In this document: positions 9,383 through 20,035 of the stretch, piece by piece
Numbering within the stretch: position 1 is the first letter of the stretch
Layout: every line of letters starts with the position of its first letter
The notes under the pieces: model-generated
Told to the model about the DNA's origin: nothing
Databases searched by the model: none
What the model saw: only the letters and a program-made list of their open reading frames with translations
Made by a program: the position numbers and the translations under genes
Assembly (NCBI GenBank): GCA_046116545.1
Contig: CP175956.1
Span: 897,734-961,733 of the forward strand
Direction: 5' to 3'
Length of the DNA stretch: 64,000 nt
Source: Candidatus Moraniibacteriota bacterium
GTDB taxonomy: Bacteria > Patescibacteriota > Minisyncoccia > Moranbacterales > GCA-2747515

Positions 9383-10636
9383 CTATTCAAATGGTAAATT
9401 ACTAGGTGCACTACCTTTTCTTGAATCTGACCATTGTACACTAGGAGCTTCTACCGACATATCCGGTAAATGAAATACCGTTGCCAATTCTTTTGTACTC
9501 AAATGAAATGGATAACCACTATCATCTCTATCACGATATCTTCTTAAAATTTTTCTCATTCTATATTCGCTTCTTGATTTTACACCAACATAATCAGCGT
9601 AAACTTTTGATCTATCAACTGGAATGAATTGATTTGTATGATTATCTGAAAACTGTTTTATTGAGGACATTGCACCACCAAGATTCACAGCAGTAAAAAA
9701 GTCTTTTTTTCCTACAACTATAAGTCTCATATTAACACTAAACATTGCTTTTGCAATGTTTTCTTCCAATACTTTTAATACCTGCTTTTCACCTGGACTA
9801 AGCTTAAACTCCAATGGTTGATCATCTCCAGCAGGAGTTTCAAATGCAGAAAATTCTGGAGGTGCATTCCACCCCACCATAATTCCGCCAAACACATCTT
9901 TTATATCAAACCATAATCTTGCAAATAATCCCTCTGGCTTTGCACTCTTTCCCAAAAAATCATCAACAGTTCCCTTACCCCAATCATTAAACCAAGGAGG
10001 CCTATCTGCTCTTATAATATACTGAAGCCACATATGTTGACCTGGACCAAGATTACCAATAGCTTCCAACATACTTGCTAGAGGATCCATCATTGTCCCA
10101 GTTACATCCTCATCAAAATATTCATATGTTTTGATTGGATATGCATCTGGTTTCAACAAAAATAAATCAAATCCTTTCAGTGTCCAATCTTCATTTGGAA
10201 TAACATTAGGAATATTCCCTGTATAATCTTGAACTTCTATTATTTCAACACTCGGATACTGCGCATAAAGAGAACTTTCAACTAAATCTCGAAAGGCTGC
10301 CGGTGTACGTATATAAAAATGTGCAGTACCTTCAGTACCTACTATTTCTAGACTAAAATATGGATTTCCAGCTCCATGACAATATGCACTTATCATATTC
10401 ACTCCTGCATCTGTTGCCGCGAGAGAATCAAAAAAACGTTCCATTATCTTTGGACTTTTTTCTATATCTCTAGGTGGTATAATCTCAAGCAAAACATCAT
10501 TTTGCTTCATGAGAAAGTCTGCTATAAACACATATCTTCCCCACAAACTTTTAAAGATTAACCAAAAAGTTATCGGCATGATTATAAACCAAGTCGACTG
10601 AAACGTCACAAAAATTTGTGAAAAAAATTCTGACAT
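9383..10636 (-). CDS. Membrane-anchored partner protein of the downstream ATPase (possible split N-terminal half of a coupling protein)
   Basis: N-terminal hydrophobic helices (WFIIMPITFWLIF...) followed by a 380-aa soluble domain. It lies 32 nt upstream of the ATPase gene on the same strand. Confidence 0.45.
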   Translation of the reverse strand: MSEFFSQIFVTFQSTWFIIMPITFWLIFKSLWGRYVFIADFLMKQNDVLLEIIPPRDIEKSPKIMERFFDSLAATDAGVNMISAYCHGAGNPYFSLEIVGTEGTAHFYIRTPAAFRDLVESSLYAQYPSVEIIEVQDYTGNIPNVIPNEDWTLKGFDLFLLKPDAYPIKTYEYFDEDVTGTMMDPLASMLEAIGNLGPGQHMWLQYIIRADRPPWFNDWGKGTVDDFLGKSAKPEGLFARLWFDIKDVFGGIMVGWNAPPEFSAFETPAGDDQPLEFKLSPGEKQVLKVLEENIAKAMFSVNMRLIVVGKKDFFTAVNLGGAMSSIKQFSDNHTNQFIPVDRSKVYADYVGVKSRSEYRMRKILRRYRDRDDSGYPFHLSTKELATVFHLPDMSVEAPSVQWSDSRKGSAPSNLPFE

Positions 10637-10706
10637 TAAACTTTATTTTTATATTTTATAACAAAATTATGCACTTTTTTAGTACAAGTATAAATTCATT
10701 ATAACA

Positions 10707-11756
10707 TTAACTAGCATTCGTATCTAGTGTATAATCATGTCCATTTACCTTTTTTGCAATAAGACTAAGATTCACTCTAACTGTAGTTGGCTTTACATGT
10801 CTCACCTGTAAAACTTTTTCTACAATATCATCAGCTGGCATAGGGCCACCTGCTTCTTCCAAGATTTTTAAAACAATATCCTTTACAGTTCCTTCCTCAT
10901 ATTCATTAAAATTCAATGCATATACACCACGTCCAACCAGCACAAAATTGTCATCTCGTATCAATTCATTATGAACTGTTTGTGGATGTGATTTTTTACC
11001 TTTCTTACCTAAACCGTAATCATCTATAGCTTGTGCTATTTCACGAAAATGCATTGGCGTATCTTTTTCTTTCATTATAAGTAATGATTTTTCCCTAACT
11101 CCTCTTGGTGAAATTTCATCCCAACCACTAAGTCCCCATTTATCAAATGGATTCTTATCAATTTCACTAGATACTACCAAGTAGCTCTCCAATTTATTTA
11201 AATCCATATTTTCCTGAACATTTGACATTTTTTCTTGCAATCGTTCACTCGAATATGTTTTTTGCTTATCTTCAAATATATTCTTTATAGAATCATGCAT
11301 TTCACTCCATTCATCCATATCAAATTCAGTAACAACAACAGAGCCTTTAATAACTGGATGTTTTTTTGAATTCACATAAGAAATTTCATCCATCCCTTCC
11401 ACAAGAAATCTAATCGCACCTTTTTCTTTATTATTTTCACCACCCAATTCCAATAGCTTATCAATATGCAAAACACCTCCATTATCACCAATTTCTGCAA
11501 TTATTTGTTTTTTAACATTATCTACTTCTTCTGAAGAATTAACATTTTTATTCATCTTAAGACCAGATTGAACAATTTGCCTGACTCTCTCACGAGTAAC
11601 ACCATATTCATCACCTATTGCCTGTAAAGTCTCTGGCTTTTCCAAACCAACACCAAAACGCCTTTCAACTATGGATTGTGACCTTTCTGGCATATCAGAT
11701 AATATCACTCCCAATACCTCATAAAATTGACTACTGTTATTATTTGTGCTATTCAT
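10707..11756 (-). CDS. DNA-binding protein: N-terminal sigma-70 region-4-like HTH plus C-terminal HARE-HTH-like domain
   Basis: TLQAIGDEYGVTRERVRQI resembles sigma70 region 4.2. The C-terminal segment VKDIVLKILEEAGGPMPADDIVEKVL resembles the HARE-HTH of the RNAP delta subunit. Confidence 0.5.
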   Translation of the reverse strand: MNSTNNNSSQFYEVLGVILSDMPERSQSIVERRFGVGLEKPETLQAIGDEYGVTRERVRQIVQSGLKMNKNVNSSEEVDNVKKQIIAEIGDNGGVLHIDKLLELGGENNKEKGAIRFLVEGMDEISYVNSKKHPVIKGSVVVTEFDMDEWSEMHDSIKNIFEDKQKTYSSERLQEKMSNVQENMDLNKLESYLVVSSEIDKNPFDKWGLSGWDEISPRGVREKSLLIMKEKDTPMHFREIAQAIDDYGLGKKGKKSHPQTVHNELIRDDNFVLVGRGVYALNFNEYEEGTVKDIVLKILEEAGGPMPADDIVEKVLQVRHVKPTTVRVNLSLIAKKVNGHDYTLDTNAS

Positions 11757-11831
11757 AAAAAAATATATTAAATTTACCCCTTAAATAAGCCTTTTTGTGA
11801 CTTCAAACAATTGTACCAAAAAACTCTTTTT

Positions 11832-11860
11832 TTGTCAAGCTTTTAAAAATGCTGTATACT
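11832..11860 (+). promoter_or_regulatory. Sigma70 promoter TTGTCA-17-TATACT
   Basis: -35 at 11832-11837 and -10 at 11855-11860, about 30 nt upstream of the ATG at 11889. Confidence 0.5.
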
Positions 11861-11888
11861 ATGGATATAATAAACTAAACACTAATAA

Positions 11889-12414
11889 TATGAGTACAGA
11901 TCCAATTGTAAAATGTGTCTCCAGTGATGAATTACACGGTGATGCCAAGAAGATTTTTGAAGATTTTTTAGATAGTAGTGGAAAAGTACCTAAATGGCTA
12001 CAGGTTATGGGGAATTGTGAAGATACAATGACTGGTTTTTTTTCTCTATTTAAATCAGTAATGGATAACGAACCAGCACCAAGTGAATTAAAGTGGAAAG
12101 TGGCTTATGTCGTATCTGACATAAATAAATGTGAATTTTGTATAGGAGCAACACAATCTAAACTTAGTGGTTTGGGCATAAGTGCTCAAGACCTAGAAAA
12201 CGTAGATAAAGCTGAGGATCCAAAGGAAGCTTTAGCTATAGAGTATGCACGTGCTACAACAGAACATGCATATAGCATTGACCCTGAGTTAACAAAGCGA
12301 ATGCAAGATGCATTCTCTGATGAAGAAATTGTTGAAATAACTGCTGTTATTGGAACATTTAACTTTCTCAATCGTTTTAATGACGCTTTAAGAATTCTTC
12401 CGGAATCTAAATAA
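11889..12414 (+). CDS. Carboxymuconolactone decarboxylase (AhpD-like) family protein
   Basis: CMD-domain-like helical protein with a CEFCIGATQ (CxxC) motif. The start is placed at the ATG downstream of the promoter; the track start at 11797 lies upstream of the promoter. Confidence 0.65.
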
Positions 12415-12429
12415 TTACTAGATTAAAAA

Positions 12430-12460
12430 AAGCAGCTTATATCTAAGCTGCTTTTTTTTT
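12430..12460 (+). terminator. Rho-independent terminator (bidirectional shape)
   Basis: AAGCAGCTTA-tatct-TAAGCTGCTT stem followed by a 9-T run, preceded by an A run. Confidence 0.8.
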
Positions 12461-12498
12461 ATTTGAAATCAATAACTAATCACTTAATGATTGACAAA

Positions 12499-12885
12499 TT
12501 ATTCTGGACGAAGTGATGAATGATGGTGAATTATTTTCCACTCATCATTTTCATTTTTTTGAAACACATATGTAAACCTTGCATTTGCAACTTCCCGCGC
12601 ATCTACTGATCCAACTTCAAAATCATACAATCCCGAATATATAATTGTTCCACCATCAGAAGATTCTTGCACAGCACTTTCAATTATTGTACCAAATGGA
12701 TTTTTTTGTAAAAAATGTTCAAAATATTCTACAGCACCGTCTATGCCTCTTTTTAATTCTCCATTTAATGTAGGTAGAAATGTTGCATCGTCGCTATACA
12801 TTTCAGCTACCTTTTGTTTATCTTTGGTTTGTAAAGTTTCATTCCATTGGATAAACATGTCTTGTGCAATTTGATTTGAATCCAT
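12499..12885 (-). CDS. NTF2/SnoaL-like (DUF4440-like) protein
   Basis: 128 aa with an alpha+beta cone-fold pattern (YSDDATFLPTLNG...DEWKIIHHHSS). Confidence 0.55.
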   Translation of the reverse strand: MDSNQIAQDMFIQWNETLQTKDKQKVAEMYSDDATFLPTLNGELKRGIDGAVEYFEHFLQKNPFGTIIESAVQESSDGGTIIYSGLYDFEVGSVDAREVANARFTYVFQKNENDEWKIIHHHSSLRPE

Positions 12886-12912
12886 TTTTTTAATTCTTAA
12901 TTTTTTATTAAT

Positions 12913-13341
12913 CTAAAGTCCTTTTCTTGCAAGAAATTTCTTAGCTATTTTAATTCTAGACATCTCTCTTTCAAGTGTTGCTGCAACATGAGCATATTCT
13001 GTCTCATCAGTTTTTATAACTTTGTTTTTAATATCTTCTGCTCTCTGTTTTGCAGCCTCAGCCTTTTCTATATCTATATCTTCCGCTCTATCTGCTTCAT
13101 CTGCTAATACTGTCAATGTATTATTTTCAAATTCCAAAAACCCTCCAAAAACAGCAATGCTTTTTTCTTCACCACCTTTTTTAGCGATTATTTCTCCAAC
13201 TTGAAGTGAAGCAATATATGATCTATGTTCTGGCAAGATTGTAACCTCACCATCAGTTACAGGTAACGTTACCTGCTCAGCTTCACACTCACAAACTATT
13301 TGTTCTGGAGTTATAACTTTAATTTTTATCTGTTTGCTCAT
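12913..13341 (-). CDS. atpC: F1 ATP synthase epsilon subunit
   Basis: 142 aa, last gene of the atp operon; N-terminal beta-sandwich plus C-terminal helices. Confidence 0.85.
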   Translation of the reverse strand: MSKQIKIKVITPEQIVCECEAEQVTLPVTDGEVTILPEHRSYIASLQVGEIIAKKGGEEKSIAVFGGFLEFENNTLTVLADEADRAEDIDIEKAEAAKQRAEDIKNKVIKTDETEYAHVAATLEREMSRIKIAKKFLARKGL

Positions 13342-13355
13342 AAAATAATTTTAAA

Positions 13356-14765
<1,410 letters not shown>

Positions 14766-14786
14766 TTAGTATCTTATTATATACAC

Positions 14787-14872
14787 TGTCATTTCGACTG
14801 AAGCGTAGCGGAATTGAGAAATCTATAATATTGAGATCTCTCGACTTCGCTATCGCTACGCTCGAGATGACA
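14787..14872. repeat. Intergenic palindromic element (about 86 bp, two inverted arms) between atpG and atpD
   Basis: The right arm 14832-14872 equals a 41-nt unit, TGTCATCTCGAGCGTAGCGATAGCGAAGTCGAGAGATCTCA, in minus orientation. The left arm 14787-14823 is a degenerate inverted copy. Confidence 0.6.
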
Positions 14873-14901
14873 ATGAAATTTTAATTAATTTGTCATTTAA
14901 A

Positions 14902-15858
14902 TTATCCTACCGCTGCGCTACCTGCTGAAATTTCTGCTATTTCCTGTGTAATCTTCATCTGTCGTATCTGATTATAAGCAAATGTCAGTTCTTCACTCAT
15001 CTCTTCTGCTGCATCTGTCGCATTTTTCATCGCCATCATTCTTGAAGACTCTTTTGATGCGTTTGATTCCAATATTGCATGGTATAACTGCATTTCAATA
15101 AGTCTTGGAAAGATATGCTCAAGAACTTTTTTTGGACTTGGCTCAACTTTATATTCCATTTTTTGTTCCTTAACTCCAAGTTCTTTTGCAAGATTATCCA
15201 TTTCAGCAATTTGCTTTTCTAAATCAATTTTTGAAACAGGTAGTATTTGACGAATTTTTGGTTCCTGTTTTATAACAGAAACATAATCTGTATATGCTAT
15301 AACAACTTTATCATATTTTTTATTCAAATATTCTTCCATAACTATACTAGAAAGTGGTCGAACCTCATCAATCCCAGGTAAATATGTAAGTTCTGGAAAT
15401 GCTGCTATAATTTCTTTCCCTAATTTACTAACTAATCCCTCACCCTTCCTTCCTACTGTAATAAAGTCTATTTTTAAATCTTTATCAGAAACAGGTGAAT
15501 CTATTTTTTTAGTTCCTATACGATTAACCTTTAGCCTCTTTGGATCTTCTACTTCTGCTCTTATTTTTTTCATTATCTGTGCATTGAAGGATCCACACAA
15601 TCCACGATTTGATGTGATTGCTACTATCAAAACACTTTTTACTTCACGAACTTCCAAAAGCCCATGCTCATAATTTTCAAAAGCACGCGCAAGGTTTGTA
15701 AGAACACTCCATGCAGCATGTGCATAAGCTCTAATCTTCAAAACACTTTCTGTAGATTTACGCATCTTTGCAGCAGAAACCATTTCCATTGCTTTGGTAA
15801 TCTTACCAGTGTTATTTACAGATTTTATCCGACTTCGAATTTCTTTTAAATTTGACAT
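14902..15858 (-). CDS. atpG: F1 ATP synthase gamma subunit
   Basis: 318 aa, conserved N- and C-terminal helices (MSNLKEIRSRIKSV..., ...ITQEIAEISAGSAAVG). Confidence 0.9.
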   Translation of the reverse strand: MSNLKEIRSRIKSVNNTGKITKAMEMVSAAKMRKSTESVLKIRAYAHAAWSVLTNLARAFENYEHGLLEVREVKSVLIVAITSNRGLCGSFNAQIMKKIRAEVEDPKRLKVNRIGTKKIDSPVSDKDLKIDFITVGRKGEGLVSKLGKEIIAAFPELTYLPGIDEVRPLSSIVMEEYLNKKYDKVVIAYTDYVSVIKQEPKIRQILPVSKIDLEKQIAEMDNLAKELGVKEQKMEYKVEPSPKKVLEHIFPRLIEMQLYHAILESNASKESSRMMAMKNATDAAEEMSEELTFAYNQIRQMKITQEIAEISAGSAAVG

Positions 15859-15861
15859 AAC

Positions 15862-17364
15862 TTATTCTGAAAAAGTATCTTTAAAATCTTTAATTGCACC
15901 TTCTAATTTTTCAACCGTGTCATCTTCCAATTTTCCACTTTCAGCGATTACATTTATCACATCTTTTTGACTTGATTTCATGTATTTTCTAAATTCATCT
16001 TCCCATTCAAGTATTTTATCAACTGCTACATCATCCATAAATCCATTTGTAAGAGCATATAAAACAATAACTTGCTCTTCCATAGGAATTGGTGAGTACT
16101 GATCTTGCTTCAATAATTCAACTGTTCTTTGCCCTCTTTCGATTTGTGCCCTTGTTTGTTCATCTAAATCTGAACCAAACTGTGCAAAAGCCTCCAATTC
16201 ACGAAACTGTGCTAAGTCAAGACGAAGTTGACCTGATACTTTTTTCATAGCTTTTGTCTGTGCACTAGAGCCTACACGAGATACACTCAAACCAACATTC
16301 AAAGCTGGTCTAATACCTTTGTTAAACAAGTCTGATTCTAGATAAATTTGACCATCTGTAATTGAAATAACGTTTGTAGGAATATAAGCACTTACATCTC
16401 CAGCTTGAGTTTCAATAATTGGTAGTGCTGTAACAGAGCCTCCTCCATATTTTTCATCACGCTTTGCAGCCCTTTCTAACAAACGAGAATGTAGATAAAA
16501 AATATCTCCAGGATATGCCTCACGTCCCGGTGGACGCTTCAAGATAAGTGAAATTTGACGATACGCCCAAGCATGCTTTGACAAATCATCATAAACAACC
16601 AATACGTCTTTCCCTTGATCCATAAAATACTCAGAAATAGCAGCTCCAGTATACGGTGCAATGAATGAAAATGCAGCTGATTCAGAAGCACCCGCTGAAA
16701 TAATAATTGTATGATCCATAGCTCCTTTTTTCTCCAGCTCACCCATTATACGAGCAACCTTTGACTCTTTTTGTCCAATAGCAACATAAATACAAATCAT
16801 GTCTTGTCCTTTCTGATTGATAATTGTATCAATTGCAATAGCAGTCTTACCCACTTGCCTATCTCCAATAATAAGCTCACGTTGTCCACGTCCAACAGGT
16901 ATCATTGCATCAATTGACTTAATACCCGTTTGAACTGGCTCATGCACTGATTTACGTTCAATAACACCTGGAGCCATCTTTTCGATAGGATACATTGTAT
17001 CAGAAACTATTTCTTCCTTTCCATCAATTGCTTTTCCAAGCGGATTTATAACTCTACCTATCATTTTTTCAGTAACAGGCACTGAAAGAATTTTCCCAGT
17101 TGATTTTACTTCTTGACCTTCTTTAATTCCCTTATAATCTCCCAGAACCATTGCACCAACTTGATCTTCTTCCAAGTTAAGAGCAACTCCCACAGAGCCA
17201 TCCTCAAATGTAAGCATCTCACTAGCCATTACATCACTAAGTCCATCCATTCGAACAACACCATCACCAACCTCAAGTACATTTCCAACTTTTTCAGTCT
17301 GTGTACTCATTTCAACATCTGATATTTGCTTTTTCAATTGTTCTACAATATAATCTTTACTCAT
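15862..17364 (-). CDS. atpA: F1 ATP synthase alpha subunit
   Basis: GDRQVGKT P-loop; 500 aa. Confidence 0.95.
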   Translation of the reverse strand: MSKDYIVEQLKKQISDVEMSTQTEKVGNVLEVGDGVVRMDGLSDVMASEMLTFEDGSVGVALNLEEDQVGAMVLGDYKGIKEGQEVKSTGKILSVPVTEKMIGRVINPLGKAIDGKEEIVSDTMYPIEKMAPGVIERKSVHEPVQTGIKSIDAMIPVGRGQRELIIGDRQVGKTAIAIDTIINQKGQDMICIYVAIGQKESKVARIMGELEKKGAMDHTIIISAGASESAAFSFIAPYTGAAISEYFMDQGKDVLVVYDDLSKHAWAYRQISLILKRPPGREAYPGDIFYLHSRLLERAAKRDEKYGGGSVTALPIIETQAGDVSAYIPTNVISITDGQIYLESDLFNKGIRPALNVGLSVSRVGSSAQTKAMKKVSGQLRLDLAQFRELEAFAQFGSDLDEQTRAQIERGQRTVELLKQDQYSPIPMEEQVIVLYALTNGFMDDVAVDKILEWEDEFRKYMKSSQKDVINVIAESGKLEDDTVEKLEGAIKDFKDTFSE

Positions 17365-17387
17365 AATTTTTAGTAATTAATAACTAG

Positions 17388-17786
17388 TTATTTTAAACTT
17401 ATTTTTAGCTTTCTTAATCTCCCTAATACACTGCCATCCAAAACTTCATCCTTAATTTTAATGATAATGCCACCTTTTATTTCCTTATCTACCACACTAT
17501 TTATGACAACGCTATCAGAACTATACTTTTCTTTTATAAATGATTGAATTTTTGACTGCTCCTGTGCAGTTAACTCCCTAGCACTTACAACAGTAGCTTC
17601 AATTATATTATTTTCATCGTTATAAATATCTCCAAACTTATTTACAACATCTTGAGACTTTTTCAAATCTCCTGTTTTTTTCATATATTCAACAAATTGC
17701 ACTATCACATCATTAATCTCTGAATCACTTTTATTATCAGTTAATTCATACAAAGTGTTTGCATATTGTTTTGCAGATACTTTCAT
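17388..17786 (-). CDS. atpH: ATP synthase delta (OSCP) subunit, short form
   Basis: 132 aa, positioned between atpF and atpA. Confidence 0.7.
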   Translation of the reverse strand: MKVSAKQYANTLYELTDNKSDSEINDVIVQFVEYMKKTGDLKKSQDVVNKFGDIYNDENNIIEATVVSARELTAQEQSKIQSFIKEKYSSDSVVINSVVDKEIKGGIIIKIKDEVLDGSVLGRLRKLKISLK

Positions 17787-17795
17787 AAAATATTT

Positions 17796-18284
17796 TTAAC
17801 TTATCACATCATTAATAATTTGTGCATCTTTTGTATCGTTTATCTTTTCATCAACAATTTTCTCAACTGCAGTAGCCACCAAAACTGAAATTTCTGACTT
17901 CACATCTGCTACCATTTTATCTTTCTCTTCACTGGCAACTTTTTTTGCTTTTTCAACTATTTTATCAGATTCTTTTTGAGCAATTTTTGTTAATTCTTCT
18001 TTATTTGCTTGAGCTTGATCCTCAGCTTTCTTCAAAATTTCTTTTGCTTGCTTTTTTGCTTCTACTAATACTTTTTTTTCTTTTTTCTCAATTTCTTTCA
18101 ATTTCTTCTGTGATTTTTCCGCATCTGCTAATCCTTTTTCTATTTTTCCAGCCCTATCATCAAGCATTTTCAATACTGGTGCATAAGCAAATTTATACAG
18201 AATCAATAATAAAATGCTAAAATTTATCAATTGAGCAGAAAAAAGTCTCCAATCTATACCCAAACTTGTCAATAATTCATTCAT
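17796..18284 (-). CDS. atpF: ATP synthase Fo subunit b
   Basis: One N-terminal TM helix followed by a long charged helix. Confidence 0.8.
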   Translation of the reverse strand: MNELLTSLGIDWRLFSAQLINFSILLLILYKFAYAPVLKMLDDRAGKIEKGLADAEKSQKKLKEIEKKEKKVLVEAKKQAKEILKKAEDQAQANKEELTKIAQKESDKIVEKAKKVASEEKDKMVADVKSEISVLVATAVEKIVDEKINDTKDAQIINDVIS

Positions 18285-18502
18285 ATTTTTATAACCTTAT
18301 ATATCTTAATATATTCAAATTAGTTTTCAATTAGTGACTCGCAAATCAATTGCGAGTCTTTGATTGTAAACCAATCACCTTCATAATATTTTCATATTTA
18401 AGCACAGTTCAAGGAAAGAATAAATAAATGATTGAAGTGTATAATAATACACTGATTGAATTTATTTATTTTTGACGCAGGAATGTGCTAAATATGAAAA
18501 TA

Positions 18503-18814
<312 letters not shown>

Positions 18815-18870
18815 TTACTACTTGTTTTAAGTAGTCAATGCACAAGTCATTAACTCCTTAACTCAAATAA

Positions 18871-19623
18871 TTAATGAGCTTCTGCTGCCATTTTGAAAAA
18901 TACCAATGTAAGCATTGCAAATACCAATGCCTGTATAAACCCTACAAAAACTTCCAAAAACAAAAACGGCAATGGAACAAACAATGGAACCAAAGCTAAC
19001 ATAACTAATAATAATACCTCTCCAGCAAAAACATTACCAAACAAACGAAATGAAAATGAAATGATTTTTGCAAATTCAGAAATTATTTCCAAAAGCCCTA
19101 CAAAAGTACCTATAAAATAAGGCTTTTTAAGTGGACTTATAAAAAACTTTCCAGCATATTTCTTTACTCCCATTGCCATAATCCCCATAACCTGAGCAGC
19201 AATCACTGCAAAAATAGCAATAGCAAATGTTACATTTAGATCAGCACTTGGACTACGTATAAATGAAACTAAAACTTCTTCACCATGATGAATCTGATTA
19301 ACACCAACTGTACCCATTCCAGGCAAAAGTCCAATCCAGTTTGAAAGTATCACAAAAACAAAAATTGTAGCAACTATTGGGAAAAACCGTCTACTTTGTG
19401 CTTTATCTCCAGTAACTCCATCAACAAGTCCTAATAGTCCTTCTAAAATAGATTCTGAAACATTTTGAAAACCACAAGGAACCAACTTTTGTCTCTTGCT
19501 TAAAATTACTGAACCAATAATTATAATGATGCTAACTACTATAGTCATCAAAAAAGTATTTGTGATCGGGAATCCACCGATTTCTGTAATCACCTCTGGC
19601 ACTAATGAAATTGTTACATCCAT
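18871..19623 (-). CDS. atpB: ATP synthase Fo subunit a
   Basis: About 5 TM helices; the conserved Arg lies in the ...FRLFGNVFAGE motif. Confidence 0.9.
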   Translation of the reverse strand: MDVTISLVPEVITEIGGFPITNTFLMTIVVSIIIIIGSVILSKRQKLVPCGFQNVSESILEGLLGLVDGVTGDKAQSRRFFPIVATIFVFVILSNWIGLLPGMGTVGVNQIHHGEEVLVSFIRSPSADLNVTFAIAIFAVIAAQVMGIMAMGVKKYAGKFFISPLKKPYFIGTFVGLLEIISEFAKIISFSFRLFGNVFAGEVLLLVMLALVPLFVPLPFLFLEVFVGFIQALVFAMLTLVFFKMAAEAH

Positions 19624-19685
19624 AAAATAATATTAAATCCCCTACACAAATTTTAAGATTAAAAAAAAATACCCTCATCTCACTT

Positions 19686-19925
19686 TTATATATCTTGCAT
19701 TATCCGAGCAGTTTTCCTATATACAAGATACGAAGATAATAGTATGGAAACAAAGATTCCTAGCAAAAGAAATATTGGGGAGCTTTCGAGCTTATTATCA
19801 AGCAATCTACCACCCAAGGCAAAACCAACAGCTGGAATTGCTATCATAAATCCTAATTCAAATGCTAGAGAAAGTGCATAAAAAACTCCACTATTCTCTG
19901 TTTTTTTATCTTGATCTTTTAACAT
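19686..19925 (-). CDS. AtpZ/AtpI-like small membrane protein preceding the atp operon
   Basis: 80 aa with 2 TM helices. The track start is a TTG at 19931; the in-frame ATG at 19925 is used here. A TTGACA-17-TATGAT hexamer pair sits immediately upstream, so the transcript may be leaderless. Confidence 0.45.
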   Translation of the reverse strand: MLKDQDKKTENSGVFYALSLAFELGFMIAIPAVGFALGGRLLDNKLESSPIFLLLGIFVSILLSSYLVYRKTARIMQDI

Positions 19926-20035
19926 ATTCAATCATATAATTACTTAGTAAAATTGTCAACAGCTGCTCAAAAAAAATATACATCCCTTCCTTTTTAAGGA
20001 GGGTATTGAAGGGTCATTTTTTTACATAGCACACC

